Of a stretch of DNA of 64,000 bases, positions 1 to 9,873 are shown one piece after another. The notes under the pieces are model-generated. The model saw nothing but the letters and a program-made list of their open reading frames with translations. It did not search any database and had not been told where the DNA came from. A program made the position numbers and the translations under genes. Position 1 is the stretch's first letter, and every line of letters begins with the position of its first letter. Source of the stretch: Nitrosospira sp. 56-18 (GTDB lineage Bacteria; Pseudomonadota; Gammaproteobacteria; Burkholderiales; Nitrosomonadaceae); the NCBI GenBank assembly GCA_001899235.1, contig MKVR01000052.1, positions 98,944 to 162,943 on the forward strand, written 5' to 3'.

Positions 1-579
1 TTTGCCGTCGATATATTCGATAATCGCGCTGTCGCCGCCGGCATCCGAAAGCGACAGATGCAAGGTGGCGTGTCTGTTTTCCCCAGGCACGTAGTCGGTA
101 ACGATCGTGAAGGGTTCCTTTGCCAGCACGTCGACTGCTTCCTGCACCGTGGCAAAATTGTCGAGTACATATTGGGCCCAAGCTGCAAGCGTCAGCCCGG
201 GTGTCTTACCATCGTATTTCGGGTAGGAGGACTCGACCAACCAGAGCACGTTGGCGACCAGACCGACCTCGTTCATACCATCCGTGGTCGAGACATCATA
301 GCCTGAGGCGACGACGCTGCCGTACTTCGACGTCCAGTGTACGGAGTTCGGACCCGCCTCTCCGGATCGCTTCATACCACGGGGGAACACCCATAAGTTG
401 GTTCCGACATCCAGCTTCCAATCCATGGAACGCGCCGTGATCACCTCATCGTTGATACCGAGGTAGACGAAGCGCGTGCACGCTTCAGCCGCAGAGGAAC
501 CCAGCATGCTCGTGGTCATGAGCAGGACAGCGCAGCTAGCCGCGAACCAACGCTTCTCCGAGATCATGGGCTCAGCCAT
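1..579 (-). CDS. Linear amide C-N hydrolase (choloylglycine hydrolase/penicillin V acylase family, Ntn hydrolase), 3' part outside window
   Basis: Manual translation of the minus strand from ATG at 579: signal peptide ending AEA, then CTRFVYLG..ITARSMDW..DGMNEVGL..WAQYVLDNFATV. N-terminal nucleophile Cys and family motifs present. Absent from the ORF track because its stop lies outside the window. Confidence 0.9.
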   Translation of the reverse strand, partial: MAEPMISEKRWFAASCAVLLMTTSMLGSSAAEACTRFVYLGINDEVITARSMDWKLDVGTNLWVFPRGMKRSGEAGPNSVHWTSKYGSVVASGYDVSTTDGMNEVGLVANVLWLVESSYPKYDGKTPGLTLAAWAQYVLDNFATVQEAVDVLAKEPFTIVTDYVPGENRHATLHLSLSDAGGDSAIIEYIDGK

Positions 580-653
580 TTTCAAATCTCGTTTCGAGTT
601 ATTGGGCGCAACCCTGCAATTGGGGAGAATGCAAACCCGCTATTTGCGGCACG

Positions 654-1337
654 TTATTTCTGTGGTTCATCCTTATCCAGCGAGAATCCATAAAACTGGG
701 TGCCGAACTCGATCAGGGGACGGCCGCGGCTCCTGCGGTGGCGGTTGGTATCGCGCAGTGAATAGACGCAGCCGCAATATTCCTGCTGGTAGAACTCCTC
801 CCTCTTGCTGATTTCGATCATGCGCGCCGAACCGCCGCCCTTTCTCCAGTTGTAATCCCAGTAAGCCAGCCCCTCATAGCGGGATGCGGCGCGGTGGCCG
901 CAATCATTGATCTGCTCCATGTTTTTCCAGCGCGAAATACCCAGGGAACTGGTCATGACGGGAAAGCCGTTCTCGTGCGCGTAGAGCGCCGTGCGCTCGA
1001 AACGCATATCGAAGCACATCGTGCAGCGCATGCCGCGCTCAGGCTCCCATTCCATGCCTTTGGCGCGCGCGAACCAGTTTTCCGTGTCGTAATCGGCATC
1101 GATGAACTCGATGCCATGCTTTTGCGCGAACCGGACATTCTCATCCTTGCGCAGCAGGTATTCCCGCTGGGGATGGATATTCGGGTTGTAGAAAAAGATA
1201 GTGTAGTCGATGCCGGAGGCCAGCATCGCCTCCATGACTTCCCCGGAGCATGGCGCGCAGCAGGAATGCAGCAGGACTTTCCTGTGGCCGCCGGGGGGAA
1301 CGAGGTCAGGCCGTGTGGTCTGGTTCATGGTATTCAT
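654..1337 (-). CDS. queH: Epoxyqueuosine reductase QueH (DUF208 family)
   Basis: [24 protein letters not shown] and YQQEYCGC motifs; start may be 1328. Confidence 0.9.
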   Translation of the reverse strand: MNTMNQTTRPDLVPPGGHRKVLLHSCCAPCSGEVMEAMLASGIDYTIFFYNPNIHPQREYLLRKDENVRFAQKHGIEFIDADYDTENWFARAKGMEWEPERGMRCTMCFDMRFERTALYAHENGFPVMTSSLGISRWKNMEQINDCGHRAASRYEGLAYWDYNWRKGGGSARMIEISKREEFYQQEYCGCVYSLRDTNRHRRSRGRPLIEFGTQFYGFSLDKDEPQK

Positions 1338-1494
1338 AATATCAGGCTATCAGACTTGCACGGAATTTTCCACACGGTCCGCTCCAGGATTCCAGGATAG
1401 TTGAAAAGACTCATAACGATGACATCACCCTGTAATGAAAAACCACAACAATGAAAACAATCTCTTCCACTTATTGCCCGGAGTTCATACCAAC

Positions 1495-2934
1495 ATGAAA
1501 AAAAAGAAACTCATTGCCGCCATCTGCGCTTCCTTGCTCACCGCGCCGGCCGCGCACGCCAGCATCGATCTCATCGCCATTGGTTCCCTGAGCGGGACCT
1601 TCTCCGACCTTGCCAGCCAGACGTCGGGACCGCTGGAAAACGGCTTAGCTGGAAACCCGCTTGGAGGCCTGGGCTCGGGGATCGCCTGGGCGGGAGGAAA
1701 CACCTTTATCGCGACCCCCGACCGCGGACCCAACGCGACTCCTTACAACTCGCTGGTGGAAGATACCACTTCCTACATCACCCGTTTCCAGACGCTACAG
1801 ATGAACCTGACAGCCGCCCCATCGGGGTCGCTGCCCTACACGCTGACTCCTGTGCTGACGGCAACCACCCTCATGTCCAGCGCCACGCCGCTGACCTACG
1901 GCACCGGCGCCCTGGGAACCGATGCCACCCATACTCTGGGTAGCGGCGTACCCGCGCTGAACGCCATCAATGGCACCAACTACTTTACTGGTCGCTCGGA
2001 TGGCTTCGGCGCCGGATCTTCCACCAACCCGAACAATGCGCGCCTCGACCCGGAAGGCGTGCGCGTTTCCAACGACGGCAAGAGTGTATTCGTTTCCGAC
2101 GAATACGGCCCCTACGTCTATCAGTTCGACCGCGCCACCGGCGAGCGGATCAAGGCCTTCACGCTGCCCGCCAACCTCGCGGTGGCCACGCTGGGTCCCA
2201 CCACTAATTCGGAAGGCAGCCCCTTCAATACCACCGGACGCGTCGCGAACAAGGGCATGGAAGGATTGGCCATCACCCCGGATGGCACCACGCTGGTCGG
2301 CGTGATGCAGGCCCCCCTGCTGCAGGATACCAACAAGAATGTCAGGATCGTCACCATCGATATCGCCACCGGCGCGACGCATGAGTACGCCTACAAGCTG
2401 ACCACGGGTTCCGGCGTCAGCGAAATCGTCGCCCTGAACAATCACCAGTTCCTGGTCGACGAGCGCGACGGCAAGGGCCTCGGAGATGGGTCCTCGGCCG
2501 CGGTCAAGCAGTTGTTCAAGATCGACCTCGATGGCGCGCAGGATGTCACCGGCCTGAGCGGAGACTTGTCATCCAAGGCGGTGAGCAAGACGCTGTTTCT
2601 CGACGTCGTGGACAAGCTACATGCCAGCGGCATCGCATTCGATCAGATTCCCGCCAAGATCGAAGGCCTGGCCTTTGGCCAGGATGTAGTCATCGACGGC
2701 GTCACCATGCACACGCTGTTCGTGGCCAACGATAACGATTTCGTTCCCGGCGTGGCCGGCGACAACAAGTTCTTTGTCTTTGCCGTCAGTGACGCGGATC
2801 TGGCGAATGTCGGTGCCGTTTATACGGCACAATCGATTTCCCCCATTCCCGAGCCTGAGACCTACGCCCTGATGCTGGCCGGACTGGCCCTGGTGGGTGG
2901 CATTGCCCGCCGCAGGAAATTCGCCGGGAAATAG
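1495..2934 (+). CDS. Esterase-like activity of phytase family protein with PEP-CTERM sorting signal
   Basis: Signal peptide MKKKKLIAAICASLL..AHA; DPEG, SDEYGP, NKGMEGLA, KIEGLA, NDNDF motifs; C-terminal IPEPETYALMLAGLALVGGIARRRK. Confidence 0.88.
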   Translation: MKKKKLIAAICASLLTAPAAHASIDLIAIGSLSGTFSDLASQTSGPLENGLAGNPLGGLGSGIAWAGGNTFIATPDRGPNATPYNSLVEDTTSYITRFQTLQMNLTAAPSGSLPYTLTPVLTATTLMSSATPLTYGTGALGTDATHTLGSGVPALNAINGTNYFTGRSDGFGAGSSTNPNNARLDPEGVRVSNDGKSVFVSDEYGPYVYQFDRATGERIKAFTLPANLAVATLGPTTNSEGSPFNTTGRVANKGMEGLAITPDGTTLVGVMQAPLLQDTNKNVRIVTIDIATGATHEYAYKLTTGSGVSEIVALNNHQFLVDERDGKGLGDGSSAAVKQLFKIDLDGAQDVTGLSGDLSSKAVSKTLFLDVVDKLHASGIAFDQIPAKIEGLAFGQDVVIDGVTMHTLFVANDNDFVPGVAGDNKFFVFAVSDADLANVGAVYTAQSISPIPEPETYALMLAGLALVGGIARRRKFAGK

Positions 2935-2968
2935 ATTTATCCCCCTACCTTCCTGTCTTCCGCGACCC

Positions 2969-3002
2969 CAAAGCCTCCGCCGAACGCGGAGGCTTTGTTT
3001 TT
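2969..3002 (+). terminator. Rho-independent terminator
   Basis: CAAAGCCTCCGC-cgaac-GCGGAGGCTTTG hairpin followed by T run, just after the stop at 2934. Confidence 0.8.
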
Positions 3003-3446
3003 GCAGAACCGGCAAGCATTCCGGATATGAAGAAACAGGCATCTGTTCCCCCCATTTCCTTCCGAAAGCCTTCGTTTTTTCCGCAAATCCATCCTCGAAG
3101 GACAGTACCGTCTGCCGATAGCTCAAATGGATGCCGGAACGGGACGAAATCTGCAACCGCAACCGTATACAGATCCGTGACATCCATGACATCCATGCTC
3201 TTCCAGTGCGACGCTGGGAGAATGGTGTCATCAGGATAGCCTTTCGCGTACGCATGGAGCGCCGCATGTCCGAAACGCAGGGAGATAAAGGACGAAAATC
3301 ACGCCGCCATCATTCGTAAAATAACACCGGATGATTTATCCTTGTGCCTGTACTTCCTGTCCAACCCCTGCCCAGTCTCTACCTTTACCTGTTGCCCCCG
3401 GCCGGAAACCCAAGGCCATCACCTGAAGCGAAATGAGGACCCCATC

Positions 3447-4034
3447 ATGTCCGATGTGATAGACATTGTTTCTCATCATGAGCCGAAACCGGATGACAAT
3501 TCCTGGGTAGGGGGAAAGCCGCCTGAGGAAGAAATCGAGGTCGTCGTTTACGACCCCGGCTGGTCGGGCATATTCGTCGAGCTCTCCGGGGCAATCGAAA
3601 CAGCGCTGGGAGCTGTTGCGCTGCGCATCGACCACATCGGCTCCACCGCTGTGCCCGGGCTCGCGGCAAAACCGGTGATCGATATGGATCTCACCGTCGA
3701 GGATCCGGCAGATGAAGAAACCTACGTGAACGCCCTCGAAAAGCTAGGATACCAACTGATCATTCGGGAACCCGATTGGCACCAGCATCGCTGCCTGCGT
3801 CTCGATGCTCCGCGCGCGAATCTCCATGTCTTCGGACCGGACTGCCCGGAAAACATACGCCACCTGCTGTTCCGGGACTGGCTTCGAGCGCATCCCGAAG
3901 AGTGCGCGTTGTACGAACGGGCCAAGAGAGCGGCACTCGAGGGCGCGCGTTATGTCATGAACTATAATCTCAACAAGCAACCCGTAATTCGCGACATCTA
4001 CGCCCGGGCGTTCAGGGCCGCCGGGCTAATATAG
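3447..4034 (+). CDS. GrpB family protein
   Basis: IEVVVYDPGW, RIDHIGSTAVPGLAAKPVIDMDL, NLHVF, HLLFRDWLRAHP, Y..K motifs; start placed at MSDVID (ORF track begins 3342). Confidence 0.88.
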   Translation: MSDVIDIVSHHEPKPDDNSWVGGKPPEEEIEVVVYDPGWSGIFVELSGAIETALGAVALRIDHIGSTAVPGLAAKPVIDMDLTVEDPADEETYVNALEKLGYQLIIREPDWHQHRCLRLDAPRANLHVFGPDCPENIRHLLFRDWLRAHPEECALYERAKRAALEGARYVMNYNLNKQPVIRDIYARAFRAAGLI

Positions 4035-4151
4035 GCCTTCGCCGTAGTTTGGCTGGCATCCCGTATCACGTTTTGAAGCGCCTCTCACAAACCTGATTGG
4101 CCCGATTTGTTGGAAAGTAACTCTGCACATTCATGACCGACCTGTCGGCTG

Positions 4152-4589
4152 TCACTCCTCCACGGTTATCCCCGATCCGCCCATTTCCTTCGGCAGATCC
4201 TTCATCTTCGGCAGGCCATCCTTGATGGGCAGCACCGTCTCCTGGTAATGCACGTGGATGCCGGGGCGGTACGGAAAACCGGGAATCGCCGCCGCATATA
4301 CATCCATTAATCCCCAACCCGGATGCTCGCTGAAAACGTGGCCTCCGCATGTCTTGCACCACTTGCGGTAACTGTTCGGCGTCTTGCTGTAGGTGCCGAT
4401 GTTTTCCGCCCCCTGCGTGATTCGCATCGCCTCCGGTTTCCACAAGGTAAAAGCATTGACCGGCCCCGCCGACCAGTGCCGGCACGATTCGCAGTGGCAA
4501 TAACCCATCGCCTCCGGCTCGCCGCTCACAGTGAACCGGACCGCGCCGCAAAAACAGCTGCCATCGTACGATTTTTTTTCATCCGCCAT
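4152..4589 (-). CDS. GFA family (glutathione-dependent formaldehyde-activating/CENP-V) protein
   Basis: GSCFCGAVRF, CHCESCR, RKWCKTCGG Zn motifs; start MADEKK. Confidence 0.9.
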   Translation of the reverse strand: MADEKKSYDGSCFCGAVRFTVSGEPEAMGYCHCESCRHWSAGPVNAFTLWKPEAMRITQGAENIGTYSKTPNSYRKWCKTCGGHVFSEHPGWGLMDVYAAAIPGFPYRPGIHVHYQETVLPIKDGLPKMKDLPKEMGGSGITVEE

Positions 4590-4647
4590 GATTTTCCTCC
4601 TTGATATCCGCACAGCACGCGTAGTAGCTGGAAAACAATCTTCTAGC

Positions 4648-4912
4648 GTTTATTTTCCATTCAAAGGTTTAAAACCACCGGCTTTAGCCGGCCAGCTTTA
4701 TCTTGGGTAGGATGGGTGGAGCAAGGCGTAACCCATCATTTTCCTGCTGCTGGGTATATGTTTTTTGATGGGTTACGTTTCACTCCACCTATCCTACCGT
4801 TGCTACCGATGATTTCAAAATGGAGCCAGATTGGGACGCGTCGTTCAACCGACGCGTATCCGGACTTTCAGTCCGTAACACTAGCCCACCAGCTTTAGCT
4901 GAGGTTGTTGAG
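4648..4912 (+). mobile_element. Non-autonomous IS200-like composite element (IS200/IS605-type ends enclosing a GTAG REP doublet), copy 1
   Basis: Left hairpin AAAACCACCGGCTTTAGCCGG; inverted REP pair 4707-4737/4767-4797; right part reads DDFKMEPD, then CGGACTTTCAGTCCG and CCCACCAGCTTTAGCTGAGGTTGTTGAG; near-identical inverted copy at 30864-31125. Confidence 0.7.
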
Positions 4913-5134
4913 TTTTCCCCGCCCATCTCCCGTCTCGCAAAGCGGCCGCGTCAAGAATAATTGACCTTACTATAACGGACTCCCAGCAGCATGCAATCGC
5001 TTTTCAAGCGGCAAATCTCCTGGGTGCGAGAATTGATGGAAAAAACGGTGGCGCTGTGGCGGCATGAAGGCCAGCTGAACATGCCGGAGCAACAGCACGG
5101 TGACAAAAGGCACACAACGGCGTAACATGCCCGA

Positions 5135-5428
5135 GTGAAACCCTTTCGGTGGAGTTCGGAGAAGAACGGGATTCTCGTGGCTGATCGCGGGATTTCCTTC
5201 GAAAATATCGTAGTAGCGATCGAATCGGGTGGCCTGCTCGATATCCTGAGCCATCCGAACCAGGCGAAGCACCCACGGCAACGGATTCTGGTCGTGGGTC
5301 TGGACAATTATGCCTACCTGATTCCATTCGCCGAGGAAGAAGACTGCCTCTTCCTTAAAACCATCATACCGAGCCGCAAGGCGACAAGGGATTATTTGAG
5401 CAAAGGTGAATCGGATGCCGAAGATTGA
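5135..5428 (+). CDS. BrnT-like type II toxin
   Basis: FRWSSEKN..RGISFE..HPNQ..LIPF..FLKTIIPSRKAT pattern; overlaps downstream antitoxin. Confidence 0.8.
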   Translation: MKPFRWSSEKNGILVADRGISFENIVVAIESGGLLDILSHPNQAKHPRQRILVVGLDNYAYLIPFAEEEDCLFLKTIIPSRKATRDYLSKGESDAED

Positions 5429-5744
5429 TGCGTACGAACAGGAAATGCTCGATGCGTTCGAGAAAGGAAAGCTCGAATCGGTTGCAACCAAAGCAGAGCT
5501 TGCACGGCTCAAGGCAGCGGCGCGCGCCACTGGCCTGAAGGATCGGCGGGTGAATATTCGCCTTTCGTCTGGCGATCTCAGCGATATTCAGGTCAAGGCA
5601 CTCGAAGAAGGTATTCCGTATCAGACGCTTATTGCCAGCGTGCTGCACAAGTATGTCACCGGCCGCCTTGCAGAGCAACCGGCGCAAGAGGTTGGCCGAA
5701 CACTCCGTCGAGCAGCGAAGCGGAACACTTCCTCTTCTGGCTAA
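5415..5744 (+). CDS. BrnA/CopG-like (ribbon-helix-helix) antitoxin
   Basis: KDRRVNIRLSSGDL..K.ALEEGIPYQTLIASVLHKY motif; coupled to the upstream toxin. Confidence 0.8.
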   Translation: MPKIDAYEQEMLDAFEKGKLESVATKAELARLKAAARATGLKDRRVNIRLSSGDLSDIQVKALEEGIPYQTLIASVLHKYVTGRLAEQPAQEVGRTLRRAAKRNTSSSG

Positions 5745-5941
5745 TAATAGCCTCTCTGTCACACTAGACCTGCAGGGCATGTCGGGGTCGACCACTATTC
5801 ATGTATACGGCTCTTTAATGACATTCTCATGTAGGGTTAACATGGTGCGACGGAACAGAATTCCTATAATAAAAAGTGGTAGACTCTCGCAGAAAATTGC
5901 GCTACTTCGGCCTTTATATAACGGGACTTTAAAGCTCTACT

Positions 5942-6922
5942 ATGTTTTCCGATGAGGAGATCTATGAGGTTTTTGATCCTTTATGGGCGGATGTTGAAAA
6001 CTCCACTACTTATCCTACCGTACGTCCTCTCCTAGCACATTACACGTCGATTGCTACGCTCGAACGCATTATGGCAAATGATGAGATATGGTTCTCAAAT
6101 CCTCTATATATGAATGATATGGAAGAATTGAGATTTGGGATGAACGAAGGCGCATCTGCATTTCACAGTCATCCGGCAATAAAAGCAGCTTGTAACGGGG
6201 TAAACTATATAAATTACAATAAGCTACTGACAACATTTGATTCTCAGTATCATCAGTTTGACACCTTACATGCCTTTGATACATATGTGTTTTGTACCGC
6301 AGAGCATAGTAATAAGACTACGGATGGTCTTTTGTCTATGTGGCGAGGATATGGTGGCAACGGCAATGGCGCAGCTATCATTTTTGATACAGCCAAATTT
6401 GTGGTTCGAGATACGGAAGAAGCACCATTTATTCTATCCAATGTAACCTACGCTTCTCATGATCAGCGGCGCGAATGGATTGATAAGAAACTTGTCGAAT
6501 TTGCGGGCTTGCTCGGTAAACTTTCTATACCCGAGGATAAGTTATATTTACCAATACACGCGCTTTTTGAACGCCTAAAAATATTTTCGTTATTTACGAA
6601 ACACCATGGCTTTTCTGAAGAAAGAGAATGGCGGGTAGTTTATTTAAGAGATCGCGATCGAAACCATTTGCTGCATCATATGCTTGATTACGCGATAGGA
6701 CGATATGGATTGGAACCCAAACTTAAATTTAAAGTTAAACCTATCCCAAAAATAACTGAGGAAAATTTATCACTCGAAACACTGATTAGCCAAATTGTGC
6801 TTGGGCCGTCCGTCTCTAGCCCCCTAGCGGTAATGGCAGTTAAACGTATGCTTGAAAAAGTAGGAAAAAGCGGACTCGTCGAAAAATTGATCGCATCTAC
6901 AACCCCATTTCGAGCGATTTAA
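5942..6922 (+). CDS. DUF2971-like domain protein, AT-rich
   Basis: LAHYTS..IWFSNPLYMNDMEE, YVFCT, LLSMWRGYG, FTKHHGFSEEREWRVV, IVLGP pattern; visibly AT-rich relative to flanks. Confidence 0.75.
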   Translation: MFSDEEIYEVFDPLWADVENSTTYPTVRPLLAHYTSIATLERIMANDEIWFSNPLYMNDMEELRFGMNEGASAFHSHPAIKAACNGVNYINYNKLLTTFDSQYHQFDTLHAFDTYVFCTAEHSNKTTDGLLSMWRGYGGNGNGAAIIFDTAKFVVRDTEEAPFILSNVTYASHDQRREWIDKKLVEFAGLLGKLSIPEDKLYLPIHALFERLKIFSLFTKHHGFSEEREWRVVYLRDRDRNHLLHHMLDYAIGRYGLEPKLKFKVKPIPKITEENLSLETLISQIVLGPSVSSPLAVMAVKRMLEKVGKSGLVEKLIASTTPFRAI

Positions 6923-6968
6923 CGCTCCCAGCACGCAAGCAATATATTTTTCATCTCGACAAAACGTA

Positions 6969-9383
6969 TCAACCCCTCAACTTCGCAAAAGCCGCTGCCA
7001 TGGCGGTGTCCGGCCGGGGCTCTTCCTTCCGTTTCTGCTGCTGCTTTTGCTGCAGTTGTCGATCCTGTGTTGGCGGCAAGGCCTTTTTCCCATTCCCTTG
7101 CGCTGATAAATTCTCGCGCTGCCTCGGCTGTCCCTGTTGCTGTTCCCGTCCCATCTGATGCCCCTGTTCCCCTGCCGCCTCCGCCAGCCGCATGGTGAGG
7201 GCGATGCGCTTGCGCTTCTCGTCCACCTCCACCACCTTGACCTTGACCACCTGCCCTACCTTGACCACCGTGTGCGGGTCTTTCACGAACTTGTCCGCCA
7301 GCGCGGAAATATGCACCAGCCCGTCCTGGTGAACGCCAACGTCCACGAAGGCGCCGAAAGCGGCGACGTTGGTGACGACTCCTTCGAGGATCATGTCGGG
7401 TCGCAGGTCCTTCATCTCGTTCACCCCCTCCTTGAAGGCAGCGGTGGTGAATTCGGGGCGCGGGTCGCGGCCCGGCTTTTCCAGTTCGGCCAAAACATCG
7501 GTGACGGTGGGCAGGCCATATTTATCGCTCGCATATTTCGAGGGATCCAGCGATTTCAATATCCCGCCGTTGCCGATGACCGACTTGATGTCCTGCTTGA
7601 GGTCGGCGATGATTTTTTCGACGAGCGGATACGACTCGGGGTGCACAGCCGAGGCGTCCAGCGGGTTATCACCATTCATGATGCGCAGGAAGCCGGCTGC
7701 CTGCTCGAAGGTCTTGTCACCCAGGCGCGGCACCCCGCGCAGGTGTGCCCGGGAGGCGAACATGCCCTTTTTGTCGCGGTAGGCGATGATGCTTTGCGCC
7801 ACGCTGGCGTTCAGCCCCGAAACCCGCTCCAACAGCGGCAACGACGCGGTATTCACGTCTACCCCCACCGCGTTGACGCAATCCTCCACCACTGCATCCA
7901 GTGCCCGTGCTAGCTGGGTCTGCGCCACGTCATGCTGGTATTGGCCAACGCCTATCGATTTGGGATCGACCTTCACCAGTTCCGCCAGCGGATCCTGCAG
8001 GCGCCGCGCGATGGAAACCGCGCCGCGCAGCGAAACATCCATGTCCGGCAATTCCTGTGAAGCGAATTTCGAGGCGGAATAGACCGAGGCGCCCGCTTCC
8101 GATACCACGATCGAAGTCAGCCGCAGGTCCGGCCGCCGCTTGACGAGATCCCGCGCCAGTTTGTCCGTTTCGCGCGACGCCGTGCCGTTGCCGATGGAAA
8201 TCAGCGATACGCCATGCTGCTCCGCCAGCTTTTCCAGGATATGCAGCGAGCCGTCCCAATCGTTCCGCGGCTGGTGGGGATAAATCACTGCAGTGTCGAG
8301 GACCTTGCCGGTAGGATCGACCACCGCCACCTTCACCCCGGTGCGCATGCCAGGATCAAGCCCCATGGTGGCGCGCGGCCCGGCAGGCGCCGCCAGCAGC
8401 AGCGCTTTCAGGTTGCGTGCGAAAACGGCGATGGCTTCGGTTTCGGCGCGCTTGCGCAGGGCGCTCATCAGCTCGTTTTCAAGATGCGTGAAGCTCTTCA
8501 CCCGCCAGGTCCAGCGCACCGTCTCCGCCAGCCAGGCATCGGCGGGACGGCCCTGATCCTTTATATGGAAATATGCCGCGATATGCGCTTCGCATGGATT
8601 GGGCGGCGCATCCCATTTGGTTTTTTCCGCCTCGGATTCGAGCCGCAGGTCGATGCGCAGGATTTCCTCGCGGCGGCCGCGCAGCATCGCCAGGGCGCGA
8701 TGCGAGGGAATGGTGCCTATCTTTTCCGCATAGGTGAAATAATCGCTGAACTTGGCTCCCGTCTCTTCCTTCCCCTTGATCACGCCCGATTCCACCACGC
8801 CATGCGCCAGCAGGTACTCGCGCAGCCATTGCAGCAGAGTGGCATCCTCCGCGAAGCGCTCCATCAGGATCTGGCGCGCGCCCTCCAGCGCGGCCTGGGC
8901 ATTCTCCACGCCCGGATTCTCCCCTTGTTCCGTGGTAAAAGCGGGCTTCAGGTATTTGCCTGCCTCTTCCTCGGGGTGCAGCAGCGGGTTGCCCAGCAAG
9001 GCCTCCGCCAGCGGCCCCAACCCCGCTTCCAGCGCGATTTGCGCCTTGGTGCGGCGTTTTTTCCTGTAGGGCAGATAGAGGTCTTCCAGCCGCGTCTTGT
9101 CTTCCGCCTGCTGGAGCGAAGCCAGCAGTGCGGGCGTCATCTTCCCCTGTTCCTCGATGGAAGCGATAACCGTGGCGCGCCTGTCTTCCAGCTCGCGCAG
9201 ATAGGTCAGCCGTTCTTCGAGCAGGCGGAGCTGGCTGTCATCCAGGCCGCCAGTGGCTTCCTTGCGGTAGCGCGCAATGAACGGCACCGTAGCGCCTTCG
9301 TCCAGCAGGGCAATGGCGGCGGCAACCTGTTCCATCCGGGCGGCGAGTTCAAGGGAAAGGCGTTGTTCGATGGAAGGCAGCAT
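6969..9383 (-). CDS. tex: Tex family RNA-binding transcriptional accessory protein
   Basis: [38 protein letters not shown], HhH region and C-terminal S1 domain. Confidence 0.96.
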   Translation of the reverse strand: MLPSIEQRLSLELAARMEQVAAAIALLDEGATVPFIARYRKEATGGLDDSQLRLLEERLTYLRELEDRRATVIASIEEQGKMTPALLASLQQAEDKTRLEDLYLPYRKKRRTKAQIALEAGLGPLAEALLGNPLLHPEEEAGKYLKPAFTTEQGENPGVENAQAALEGARQILMERFAEDATLLQWLREYLLAHGVVESGVIKGKEETGAKFSDYFTYAEKIGTIPSHRALAMLRGRREEILRIDLRLESEAEKTKWDAPPNPCEAHIAAYFHIKDQGRPADAWLAETVRWTWRVKSFTHLENELMSALRKRAETEAIAVFARNLKALLLAAPAGPRATMGLDPGMRTGVKVAVVDPTGKVLDTAVIYPHQPRNDWDGSLHILEKLAEQHGVSLISIGNGTASRETDKLARDLVKRRPDLRLTSIVVSEAGASVYSASKFASQELPDMDVSLRGAVSIARRLQDPLAELVKVDPKSIGVGQYQHDVAQTQLARALDAVVEDCVNAVGVDVNTASLPLLERVSGLNASVAQSIIAYRDKKGMFASRAHLRGVPRLGDKTFEQAAGFLRIMNGDNPLDASAVHPESYPLVEKIIADLKQDIKSVIGNGGILKSLDPSKYASDKYGLPTVTDVLAELEKPGRDPRPEFTTAAFKEGVNEMKDLRPDMILEGVVTNVAAFGAFVDVGVHQDGLVHISALADKFVKDPHTVVKVGQVVKVKVVEVDEKRKRIALTMRLAEAAGEQGHQMGREQQQGQPRQRENLSAQGNGKKALPPTQDRQLQQKQQQKRKEEPRPDTAMAAAFAKLRG

Positions 9384-9654
9384 GGATCAACCTCTTGCAA
9401 AGGGTGGAAAGGGCGGAAAGGGTAAAGGGATATCGAACAGCAGGCCCAGGCCTTTCGAAGGAGAGCGGCAGGGGGCGATAAGCGTGAAGCAGCGGGTGCG
9501 AAGCGGGGATGATAGCACCTGGAGAGGCCGCAAGCCACCGCTGCCCAACTCGCTCATTCCACTCCTTCCCTCGCCCCACCGCATGTTATAGCCGGGAAAT
9601 CCCGAATACCCGGAAATCGATCTGTATCTTCGTCGCGTACCGGCCGCAATGCCT

Positions 9655-9719
9655 GGGATGGCACAGGATGGGATAGGGATGGGATAGGAATGGCGCAGGG
9701 ACGGCACAGGGATGGCCCA
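9655..9719. repeat. Degenerate ~11-bp tandem repeat (GGGATGGCACA-like, about 6 units)
   Basis: gggatggcaca/ggatgggata/gggatgggata/ggaatggcgca/gggacggcaca/gggatggccca in the divergent intergenic region. Confidence 0.7.
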
Positions 9720-9873
9720 TCCCCCCGCTGCGGTCCGCGCTGGTATTATTCGAAGAATCGCATATCATTAAACTTGCAGGAGCAGAAGAGGAAGTGCCTG
9801 TAACGGGAACGAACTGAATGTGCTCGCAATGCAACCGGACTAAAAACAAAGAACGCAGCTCAGGGAGCGGAGC

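Noticed and set aside
2945-3330. Short ORFs between the phytase-like gene and GrpB
   Set aside because: Overlap the terminator or each other, have no motif and no clear RBS.
5690-5830. Possible integron attC after the BrnTA pair (GCCGAAC...)
   Set aside because: No matching GTTRRRY core at a suitable distance and no convincing long imperfect palindrome.
7137-9425. Long antisense ORFs over tex, and likewise over mrp, gltX, putA and czcA
   Set aside because: Shadow frames typical of GC-rich coding DNA; the opposite strand carries the recognisable gene.
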